From contig QKAV01000064.1 of the NCBI GenBank assembly GCA_003247185.1, positions 6,015 through 70,014 on the forward strand: a DNA stretch of 64,000 nt, given 5' to 3'. A program made the position numbers and the translations under genes. Shown in pieces: positions 39,825 through 48,400 of the stretch. A model generated the notes under the pieces. The model saw only the letters and a program-made list of their open reading frames with translations. It searched no databases and was not told the DNA's origin. This DNA is from Crocinitomicaceae bacterium. Its GTDB lineage: Bacteria > Bacteroidota > Bacteroidia > Flavobacteriales_D > Crocinitomicaceae. The stretch's first letter is position 1, and every line of letters starts with the position of its first letter.

Positions 39825-39861
39825 ATCGGGTGGGGATTTTTCCTCACCCGATTTCTGTTTT
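39825..39861 (+). terminator. Orphan plus-strand terminator-like hairpin with no annotated gene upstream
   Basis: atcgggtgggga-tttt-tcctcacccgat is a 12-bp stem with one G-U pair. It is followed by ttctgtttt. Confidence 0.55.
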
Positions 39862-40043
39862 GAGGCATTTGAAATGAAGTGCATAAGCGAATCTCAGTCA
39901 ATCTATTGGACAGACATTCTGGAAATGTGGGGGTCTGAGCAGTGTATTCCTATATTTACACGTAAAACTTTTAGGATAAAAGTGGAACCGATATCTCTTT
40001 TGACAAGAAGATTTGGTAGATTGTGAGAAAAATAAGATATAAA

Positions 40044-40268
40044 ATGTCTAGAGCCATTTTCTTTTCTCTCGGATTTTTCATGATGGTTTCCTGTAAGCGG
40101 GATTACGTCTGCCATTGCGAGTGGTACGAATACGTTAACGGCTCCATACAGCATTTTAACTCAGAAAGCGTCGTAAAGGCGACTTCAAAAACGAAAGCGC
40201 AAAAGACCTGTTCCGAAAATGAAAAATTGTACTTTCTCGAAATGAATGTTAATTGTGAAATACAATAG
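40044..40268 (+). CDS. Small Cys-rich lipoprotein (74 aa)
   Basis: MSRAIFFSLGFFMMVSCK lipobox. Start moved to the ATG at 40044. No family recognised. Confidence 0.5.
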   Translation: MSRAIFFSLGFFMMVSCKRDYVCHCEWYEYVNGSIQHFNSESVVKATSKTKAQKTCSENEKLYFLEMNVNCEIQ

Positions 40269-40374
40269 CGGCGGATGTTATATCTGAAGTACTGTAAATA
40301 GGTTGCTGTCAGGAGTGAAAGGGTAATCGGGTGATTTCCCGGTCTGCTTTTTGGCGGTTTTTGATTTGTGTTTT

Positions 40375-41025
40375 TTATTCCGTTACTGCTGTTTTGGTTT
40401 GAACGTCCCAGATGAAGTGATCCAACCCATGGTCGACGGAAATTCCCCAGTAGGTCAAATATGGGCCAATTTCCTTAGGGCCAACCCACCACTCATTTCT
40501 GCCCGATTCTTTTTCGACTGGAATTCTGATTTCCGATATATTATCTGTTTCATAGTTTGGATATGCTTTACCAATAAGTTCGTAGCTGTTAAAGAGCTCG
40601 TTGAAGATGGCAGAGAAAATCGAAGTAAAGTTGGTAGTCAAACCATAAATTACAACCTTGGTGTCCTCAAAAAAGAAGCGATATTTTTGGATTTCTAATC
40701 CATATTGATTAGAGGATTCTAGTTGGTTGAGAGAGTTAATGAAAGGTTTGAATACCGTATGTTTTGCCAGTTCATAGGCTGCACCTCCGATAAACGCATC
40801 TTTAAGGAATTCTAGAACTCCGGAATTTATAAAGATATCTATCCACATTTCATAGTTGCCGCCCGCTGCTGGCATCCAGATTGGTCTTTCTAAAACATTG
40901 TAGTGCTCTTGGAGTGATTCCTTAAACTCTGTGGTTCCATCTAACATTCCAATTCTATATTCAAAGAGAATTTGAGTAATCATAATAGTTGGTGTTGGTT
41001 TAAGGGAAAAACAAGTATTATTCAT
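40375..41025 (-). CDS. Hypothetical cytoplasmic protein, downstream partner of the HEPN-like gene
   Basis: Lies 13 nt after the upstream stop, or 55 nt if the start is MITQILFEY at 40983. No signal peptide, TM helix or recognisable motif. Confidence 0.55.
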   Translation of the reverse strand: MNNTCFSLKPTPTIMITQILFEYRIGMLDGTTEFKESLQEHYNVLERPIWMPAAGGNYEMWIDIFINSGVLEFLKDAFIGGAAYELAKHTVFKPFINSLNQLESSNQYGLEIQKYRFFFEDTKVVIYGLTTNFTSIFSAIFNELFNSYELIGKAYPNYETDNISEIRIPVEKESGRNEWWVGPKEIGPYLTYWGISVDHGLDHFIWDVQTKTAVTE

Positions 41026-41037
41026 GAATCAAACTAA

Positions 41038-41790
41038 TCACATATTTACATTGGTTATTTGTGATCTAGCAGCTTCCTTGAGTTCTTGAATGGAGAACAT
41101 CATTAAGTTCATTATTATGTAGAATAGGTGTTCCTTATTCAGGATAATGCTATTCCCTTCATCAAAATTAATCGCCACATCTATGGTAGTAAGCACCAAA
41201 CCTTCACCCGGTTCCGTTCTCCCGGAAAATCCTTCGAATACTTTCCCTGATGTTGACCTAACGGCGATTTGTTTGTATGTAAGTGTTCGCTCAGCCTTCG
41301 CTATCCCTTTGTGATGTTCAAATCCGTTTCGTATATAGAATAGACTTTTTAGTGAGTCAAATACGATCTTTTGTTTAGGGTCGCTTTTGGTTAATAACAG
41401 TTTCAGTTTATCCTCTGTTTTCAACTTTTGATTTGTAGCGACTCCCATTAAGAATGGTTTAAAGTTGCGTTGCAGATATTGGTTGGTTTCTTCAATTTTA
41501 AGGACTCCGATGGGCGTTGATCTGAGAAGCTTAACAACCGCAATTAGTTCATCCATATAGTCTTGAAGCGCACCTATCACAGATTTAAAGCATTTAACGT
41601 TTTCTCGTAGTTCAAGAAAGTTAATTGGCGGCGTGTCAAAGGAAAAATGGAAATCCTCCAAGGAGACTGTTGTTTTAGGACTGAGAAGTTCGGGGTTCTC
41701 CTTCCATTTCGCAATTAATTCCAAAGTAGTTAGATCACTTTGAATTTTTGCTCTAAATTTTTCAGCGAACTGATTTAGGTCAATTAGCAT
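41038..41790 (-). CDS. Hypothetical protein with HEPN-like R-N-x3-H motif (candidate RNase toxin / abortive-infection-type protein)
   Basis: Helical N-terminal ~160 aa ending in SLFYIRNGFEHHKG (R154-H159, DNA 41314-41331), then a beta-rich C-terminal ~90 aa. No secretion signal. Confidence 0.45.
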   Translation of the reverse strand: MLIDLNQFAEKFRAKIQSDLTTLELIAKWKENPELLSPKTTVSLEDFHFSFDTPPINFLELRENVKCFKSVIGALQDYMDELIAVVKLLRSTPIGVLKIEETNQYLQRNFKPFLMGVATNQKLKTEDKLKLLLTKSDPKQKIVFDSLKSLFYIRNGFEHHKGIAKAERTLTYKQIAVRSTSGKVFEGFSGRTEPGEGLVLTTIDVAINFDEGNSIILNKEHLFYIIMNLMMFSIQELKEAARSQITNVNM

Positions 41791-41967
41791 ATTCTAATAA
41801 TTAATCCAATATAGTATGAAATTAACCATCAGACGGAAGTCCGGGCGCAATATCTGTATGCCGACAACAGCGTTTTCGACTTCCGTACCAAGTGTACTAT
41901 AGGTATTTCAATAAAGGAAGGAAAGTTCAATCCCAAATACAGATTGTACGGGTGGCGGTGGGATGTA

Positions 41968-44292
41968 CTACTTCTTAATTATTTTATAAGTTTCTATGCG
42001 GCCATTTTCCTTCTTTTGAAGGAAGTAAATGCCCTTTTCTCCGATTATTTCAATCGTAATATTCTTTCCGGTCGATGTGTTATACGTTGATACTATTCGG
42101 CCATACATATCGAGTAAAACCAATTCACGCCGTTCTGAATAGGAAGGGAATTCAATATACACAAATTGATCGGTAGGATTTGGATGAAGGTTTATGAAGC
42201 CATTCGGTATTGGCGAATCGAGACTAACCTGGGAGATCGTTATACAGGCGCTGGTGTCAGTGCATCCGTTTTGTTCTACTTCAACGGCGTAATTACCATT
42301 GCTGGCAGCTGTGAAAGTTTGTGAGTTTTCACCTTGAATTACGGAGAAGTTATTATCGCAATCCAACCACTGACAATTGGCATTCGACGCTACCGCCTCA
42401 ATAGTCGTTTCATTCAATTGGCTGACAGTATTGTCAGCCGAGTTAATCGTAAGGTTTAAAGTCACTGTGGAATCACATCCATTAATATTACTCAATAACC
42501 AGGTTGGAGTGTTGGTGTTTGAGGTATATGTATTTCCGTCTATCCAGGTATAGCTGTCGCATGCTGATTGGGTGTCAATTCCTGATGAGGAATTATTGAT
42601 CGTCAAGTTAAGCGACACTACTGAATCACATCCGCTACTATTTGTTAAGGTGTAAGTGGGAAGATTGGTACTGGCAACATAAGTATTTCCGTTAATCCAT
42701 GTGTAGCTGTCGCATGCATACTGTATGTCTGTTCCCGTGTTGGACTGTCCAATAGTAAGGTCCAGATAAACGATGGAATCACAACCATTTGAACTTGGAT
42801 AAACATACATGGCGGAATTATTGCTGCTTGTATAGGTGTTCCCGTCGATCCAGGAATAGGAATCACAGGCGGTTACCACATCTTGTGTTTGGATGGCAAG
42901 ACAAGTATCTAATTTTAATACAAATCCGGAAGTAAGACCTGCGTTGAAGTTTTGTGTCTGTGGGCCGGGGTCAAGATCGACCTGATGAATTATCTTCCCC
43001 ACTACGTACACATGGAAAGTGGAGTCCACCAGAATGTCCAGGCCTGCATCTTCACTGTCCCCTCCTATGGAGTCTATCCAAACATAGTTACCCGTAGGAT
43101 CTAACTTGGCGAATAAAACATCATCCAGGGTGTTGATATCATATATTCCTCCTGGTATCTGTACCCGGTAAGTTCCCGTTATATATGTATTACCATTTGT
43201 ATCAATGTCTATGGCTTCACCTTTGTCTGTTAAAGGTCCGCCTAATGAATTTGACCAGACCATGTTGCCCATCGAATCCAGTTTTCCACAAAACATGTCT
43301 TTAACTCCAAGTGAATAATAGACTGCTGATCCGGGTCCGGGATCCAGGTCAATAGAATCCTGATAATGGCCGACCAGATAAATATTGTTCGTATCATCAA
43401 TTACCACGTCTTTGGCAAAATTATAGCCTCCTTCCATCGACTTCGCCCAAATGTAATTCCCGTCATTGTCAAGTTTTTGAACAAAGCTATTGGCATAAAG
43501 AGTAGCCGTGAGGGTATTTGTGGCAGGTCCGGGATCAAAGTCAATCGTCCATTCAAATCCCCCAACAACAATGAGATTTTGACTGTTGTCAATTGCCACA
43601 TCATGTCCGTAATCGTAACCGGTAGAACCGTGCGTATTCACCCACAGGAAGTTCCCGTTTTCGTCATATTTGATGACATATATATCATTGTTGCCGGTAG
43701 ATGTTACACTTACGATTCCTGGTCCTGGGTCAAAATCAACAGTGTTCTGGAATGTTCCTGTAAGGAAGATATTGCCAGCACTGTCGGTAGTGCACCCTTC
43801 GGCAAGATCCCATGTTGAACCCCCAAAGGATTGCGCCCATAAAAAAGTACCTGTCGAGGTATATTTTGCCACAAAAACATCACCATTTCCATTTGAAGTG
43901 AGCAAAGAGGTGCCTGGTCCCGGGTCAAAGTCTGCGGTGGAAGAGAAAGTTCCGATGACAACAATGTTTCCGGCATAATCGATGGAAACGTCATGTATCT
44001 CGTCAGCCTGCGGGCCACCGAATGATGTTGCCCAGATCAAATTACCGTTGCTATCTATTCGTTGTATGAAGCAATCATCACTTCCCTGTGAAGTGAGGTT
44101 ATACGTGCCTGATCCGGGATCAAAATCGGATGTACCGGAAAAGGAGCCACCAATGCAGATTTCATTATTGGGGAATTCTGCAATGGAGAAGGATTTTTTT
44201 CCTACGATATACGCCCAGTCTAAAGTAGGGGACTGACATTTCACATTGTCTGCGATCAATATGAAAACCAATAACGAAAATAAATGCTTCAT
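41968..44292 (-). CDS. Secreted SBBP beta-propeller-repeat protein with T9SS type-A C-terminal sorting domain
   Basis: About 8 repeats of SFGG...D.....D..GN....G.F..T.DFDPGPG (PF06739-like). There are 3 repeats of CDSYTWI(D/N)GNTYT...GCDS.V.LNLTI. The tail is LHPNPTDQFVYIEF...GIYFLQKK...YKIIKK. Confidence 0.8.
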   Translation of the reverse strand: MKHLFSLLVFILIADNVKCQSPTLDWAYIVGKKSFSIAEFPNNEICIGGSFSGTSDFDPGSGTYNLTSQGSDDCFIQRIDSNGNLIWATSFGGPQADEIHDVSIDYAGNIVVIGTFSSTADFDPGPGTSLLTSNGNGDVFVAKYTSTGTFLWAQSFGGSTWDLAEGCTTDSAGNIFLTGTFQNTVDFDPGPGIVSVTSTGNNDIYVIKYDENGNFLWVNTHGSTGYDYGHDVAIDNSQNLIVVGGFEWTIDFDPGPATNTLTATLYANSFVQKLDNDGNYIWAKSMEGGYNFAKDVVIDDTNNIYLVGHYQDSIDLDPGPGSAVYYSLGVKDMFCGKLDSMGNMVWSNSLGGPLTDKGEAIDIDTNGNTYITGTYRVQIPGGIYDINTLDDVLFAKLDPTGNYVWIDSIGGDSEDAGLDILVDSTFHVYVVGKIIHQVDLDPGPQTQNFNAGLTSGFVLKLDTCLAIQTQDVVTACDSYSWIDGNTYTSSNNSAMYVYPSSNGCDSIVYLDLTIGQSNTGTDIQYACDSYTWINGNTYVASTNLPTYTLTNSSGCDSVVSLNLTINNSSSGIDTQSACDSYTWIDGNTYTSNTNTPTWLLSNINGCDSTVTLNLTINSADNTVSQLNETTIEAVASNANCQWLDCDNNFSVIQGENSQTFTAASNGNYAVEVEQNGCTDTSACITISQVSLDSPIPNGFINLHPNPTDQFVYIEFPSYSERRELVLLDMYGRIVSTYNTSTGKNITIEIIGEKGIYFLQKKENGRIETYKIIKK

Positions 44293-44632
44293 GCTCGGGT
44301 GAGAAATACGAGTCCGCCAGGGGACATTAAATTCTTGGTCAGCGAAGTTAACACATTGATTGATTAATGCTCTCTATAAAGATGAATAATGAACCCGGAG
44401 GTTCAATTATGTGATGGACTATAAATAAATTGTAACGAATCTGGTAAGTCAGTTCATCTCGATGTGGGACTGTATTTGCCAATTTGTGTATGTGGAGGCA
44501 AGGGAAGCGTATGGGATTCGGGTTGAAAACGGGTATTTATTGCGGGCTTGAGTGTTGTTTTTGAGTAGAAATACGTGTTGACAATCAGATAGATAGTGAG
44601 TAAGTCTGATTCTTACCTATAAAACAAAAATT

Positions 44633-44830
44633 ATGGCGGAAAATGCGCAACCAAAATGTCCAGAATGTAAGGTCGAAGGAGTTGAATACATCTCTTCAGA
44701 AGAGAGTACAGAACATAGTAAAGGAGGGGATCCGTGGTTCTACATTGCATATTGTAATCAATGTGGTCACGTTTATGGAGTTTTCAATAAAGTTAGTTTA
44801 TCACCTTCAATTAAGCTCTCAACTCTTTAA
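44633..44830 (+). CDS. Small zinc-ribbon protein (65 aa)
   Basis: CPEC...(33 aa)...CNQC is a four-Cys knuckle pair. A 17-bp terminator hairpin lies about 160 nt downstream. The overlapping alternative-frame ORF 44643..44840 has no such feature. Confidence 0.45.
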   Translation: MAENAQPKCPECKVEGVEYISSEESTEHSKGGDPWFYIAYCNQCGHVYGVFNKVSLSPSIKLSTL

Positions 44831-44991
44831 ATTATGGTGATTATGGGGGTTGTGGACAGATACTTCTTCTTAAACTGTCCCAAATCCCGTTCCCTGCCAC
44901 CTCACACTCACACCTCACACTCACTCTGATTTCTCACACTCAAAAAGAAAAGTCAAAACGGTAAAGAGTGAGAGTAGTACGAGTTTTGAGA

Positions 44992-45035
44992 AAAAAGAAA
45001 AGGATGAAAGTTTTCACCTTCATCCTTTTCTTTTT
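44992..45035. terminator. Bidirectional 17-bp terminator hairpin abutting the tRNA-Gln 3' end
   Basis: aaaaagaaaaggatgaa / ttcatccttttcttttt with a 10-nt loop. The arms are A/T-run rich on both strands. Confidence 0.7.
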
Positions 45036-45036
45036 G

Positions 45037-45109
45037 TTGGCCCACTAGGGCTCGAACCTAGACTCTTCTGAACCAAAATCAGACGTGTTGCCAGTTACAC
45101 CATGGGCCA
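45037..45109 (-). tRNA. tRNA-Gln (anticodon UUG)
   Basis: Hand-folded cloverleaf. Acceptor stem TGGCCCA/TGGGCCA (U1-A72) and U8. D-arm GTGT-AACTGGCA-ACAC. Anticodon arm TCTGA-TTTTGGT-TCAGA. T-arm CTAGG-TTCGAGC-CCTAG. CCA is not encoded. Confidence 0.9.
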
Positions 45110-45277
45110 ATTTGTGGCTTTCTCCGTGTTGCCTCCCGATAACTATCGGGATACACCATGGGCCAGTTTGTGGCTTTTTCCGTGTTGCCTCCCGATAACT
45201 ATCGGGATACACCATGGGGCCAGTTTGCTGCTTTTCTGTGTTACCTCCCGATCGTTACCGGGATACACCGTAGGCCA
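45110..45277 (-). repeat. Three tandem ~56-nt pseudo-copies of tRNA-Gln nt 1-26, each with an 18-nt hairpin in the D-loop position
   Basis: T1-equivalents lie at 45165, 45222 and 45277. The unit read on the minus strand is TGGCCCATGGTGTA + TCCCGAT-AGTT-ATCGGGA + GGCAACACGG + AGAAAGCCACAAA(T/C). The distal copy is diverged but keeps the hairpin. Confidence 0.9.
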
Positions 45278-45286
45278 GCGTGGGTG

Positions 45287-45294
45287 CAAATGTA
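45287..45294 (-). promoter_or_regulatory. Candidate Bacteroidota -7 promoter box (TACATTTG) upstream of the repeat array and tRNA-Gln
   Basis: Plus-strand caaatgta is minus-strand TAcaTTTG, which matches TAnnTTTG. A TTG lies about 20 nt further upstream. I saw no other TAnnTTTG between here and the tRNA. Confidence 0.35.
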
Positions 45295-45479
45295 TAAACA
45301 AAAATTTATTTGGCAAGAATGGCTGCAAAAAATATTTTCAGTTTTGTTTAGGTCTTTTCACATTACTTAGCATTTTTTCACTTTCATGAAACTCGCTGCT
45401 AGGGATATATTCTTAAATTCGCAAGACTTGAAATAAATTGTCCTAACCGACAAATGACTGATTCAACTAACACAGGATT

Positions 45480-48400
45480 ATGAATTACAGGAAAATTAAT
45501 ATTTACCTCGGGTGGTTTGTGTTTTTAATCGCAACCATAGTTTACTTCATTACGATTGAAGATACCGTGAGTCTATGGGATTGTGGTGAATACATCACAG
45601 CAGCCTATAAATTGGAAGTAGGTCACCCTCCGGGCGCACCGTTGTTTATGGTGATAGGACGATTGTTCTCGTTCTTCGCAGACCCTGAAAACGTTGCAGT
45701 TTGGATCAACAGACTATCGGCATTAAGCTCCTCGTTAACCATTTTATTCATGTTCTGGTCGATTACGATCCTTGTGAAAAAAATGATTCTTAAAGTAAGA
45801 AAGGAGTTAACCAAAGGTGATATGATCGCCGTTTTTGGTAGTGCCCTCATCGGTTCTTTAGCCTATACATTCTCAGATTCTTTTTGGTTCTCTGCTGTAG
45901 AAGGGGAAGTGTATGCAATGGCGTCATTGTTTACAGCTATCATTTTCTGGGCAATCCTTAAGTGGGATGAGGAAATGATGGAATTAGAACACGTTGATCT
46001 TCAGACCTTGAATTATTCTCCGGATCGATGGATTCTCTTGATCCTGTTCCTGCTTGGATTGGCAATAGGAGTTCACTTATTGGGGATTCTTGTCGTTCCG
46101 GCAATTACATATCTGATTTATTTCAGATCAGCCAAGACAGTGAATATTAAAGGAATTCTTTTAATCGGACTTTTGGGAGTATTCATTCTTGGATTTATCC
46201 AGGAGGCAGTTATTCCGGGAACAATTGCACTGGCATCGAGCTTTGAGGTAGGATTCGTGAATTCTTTGGGAATGCCATTTTATTCGGGAACGATCTTCTT
46301 CTTTGTACTATTGATTTCATTGTGTGTCTTCTTGCTGCGCTTTGCAAGAAAAAGAGGCAGAAAAGTGCTTTATACGGCTGCAATGGGCTTGATCGTTCTG
46401 TTGATCGGTTACGGTTCCTTTGCCGTGATTGTGATCAGATCAAATGCCAATCCGCCATTGGATGAAAATGACCCGGAAAACCTGGTTACCCTGCATTCCT
46501 ACCTGAAACGAGAACAATACGGATCATCGCCATTGTTGTTCGGCCCATATTGGAATTCAAAGGAAAATGATCCTTCTGAATTCAAAAGTCAGGGTCCTGT
46601 ATATCTGAGAAGATTCGTAGTGGTGAAAAATGATGTGGATATTAAAGCCTATAAAGATGAAGCCAGAGCGAAAGAACATGCGAAATCAGTTTCGGGCTCT
46701 ACCGTAACGGAGAAGTATTTTGAGTCGAATGCAAGCATACGTGAACACAGCGTTCCAACGTATTCACAAACGACCTTCTTCCCACGGATGTATTGGTCTC
46801 AGGAAGCGAAACGAACTCAAGGTTATAAAGAGTGGTCGGGATATGATCCTTCAGATAATAGCGGAAGTGAAATCGGTAAAGACGGAATGCGTCTGCCGAC
46901 ATTTGGTGAAAACCTGACATACTTCTTCCGATACCAGGTTGATTGGATGTACTGGCGTTATTTCATGTGGAATTTTGCCGGTCGTCAGAATGACATTCAG
47001 GGACACGGAGATGCGCTGCGAGGCAACTGGATTTCAGGAATCGAATCGATTGATGCGATGCGTCTTGGAGATCAGGCTGAACACGCACCATATTATACAA
47101 AAGACAATCCTGCACATAACAAGTTTTTCTTACTGCCTTTGGTACTGGGTGCGATTGGTTTGTTCTTCCATTTCTACAGAACACCGAAAGATGCCTTTGT
47201 AATCTTACTGGCGTTTTTGTTTACAGGAGTGGCAATTGTGGTCTATCTGAATCAAAAACCGTTCGAGCCACGTGAGCGTGATTATGCATTTGCAGGATCG
47301 TTCTACTTCTTTGCGATGTGGATAGGAATCGGTGTATATGCACTTTATGAAGCCTTCAGAAGCTGGAAGAAGGAAGAGTTCAAATGGTATGGAATTATAG
47401 CAGGTGGTGGATTTATTTTGATGATTGCGGATTCCTTTGCTGCAGGTATGACCTGGTTAGTAGTCGCGTTACTTGGAGGATTGATTCTGGGAATCATGAC
47501 AGCTTTGAGAAAAGTACTGAAAAGCGACACCGGAGGAGCTGCTTTGGCCACTATCCTTGCACTGATAGTACCTGTGATAATGGGAATGCAGGGATGGGAT
47601 GATCACGACAGAAGTGAGAAAACGTCAGCGCACGATCTGGCATTGAACTACCTGAATTCGTGCGAAAAGAATAGTATTTTATTCACAAACGGAGATAATG
47701 ATACGTTCCCGTTATGGTACATGCAGGAAGTAGAAGAAAAACGAACGGATGTAAGGGTTTGTAACCTGTCGCTCATGCAAACGGACTGGTACACGGAGCA
47801 AATGAAAATGCGCGCGTACGATTCTGATCCGCTTCCGATTAAGTTTACGGAAGATCAGACATTAATGTATTCGGGATCTACCGACCACGTTTTGTTCTCC
47901 GATCTTTTCAATTTGTATTTTGTAAACACGAAGCCGGAAATCATTAAGCGAATTATCAGTTTACGTGTGAAACATAACGGAAGTAAGGTAAATACGGCAA
48001 CAGAGAGATTTACAGCATCTGTTGATCAATTGTTACAAAATGTGTCCTCTTCGGATCCTCGTGTTTCCTCGCGATTGAATCAGATAAAAGCAGTAGTATC
48101 TGCACCGTTATCCAGCAATGTAGAGAAAGATGTTGCAGCAAAATTCCAGGCATTTATGGAATTGGTTTCAGCCGCAAGAGGAGGAATGTTGACAATTGAC
48201 GGTCAAACATACCAGGCTTTGATCCAGGCAATTCAGGCATGGGAAGTTGAATGGGATATGACCGATCTGAAAGACGCGATGGAGTTTGTTCGGGATGATG
48301 CGAATATTGTTAGGTTCCAGCAGGGACAGCGTGATCTGAGAGTATTCCCTTCAAGTGCATTCTCATTGAAAGTAAACAAGGAAAATGCGATAAAATCAGG

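Noticed and set aside
40351-40698. 115-aa plus-strand ORF.
   Set aside because: It is fully antisense to the 216-aa partner gene of the HEPN-like cassette. The minus-strand frame is longer and tightly coupled to its upstream gene.
44908-44985. CTCACACTCA x3 simple repeat and a partial inverted match (AGAGTGAGAG) downstream of the zinc-ribbon ORF.
   Set aside because: It is a short, imperfect, low-complexity repeat. The best stem is only 8 bp with a ~37-nt loop. There is no basis to assign a function beyond spacer DNA before the strong 17-bp terminator.
36440-45036. Calling the tRNA-adjacent patch a mobile genetic element or prophage.
   Set aside because: No integrase, transposase, phage structural or conjugation gene was seen, and no att-like duplicate of the tRNA 3' end. 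It is reported only as an accessory patch.
45102-45389. ORFs 45102..45389 (+), 45158..45370 (+) and 45143..45328 (-) over the tRNA-flanking repeats.
   Set aside because: Their peptide repeats (SVLPPDNYRDTPW...) simply mirror the 56-nt DNA repeat derived from the tRNA 5' end. They overlap each other and the tRNA, and have no coding signature.
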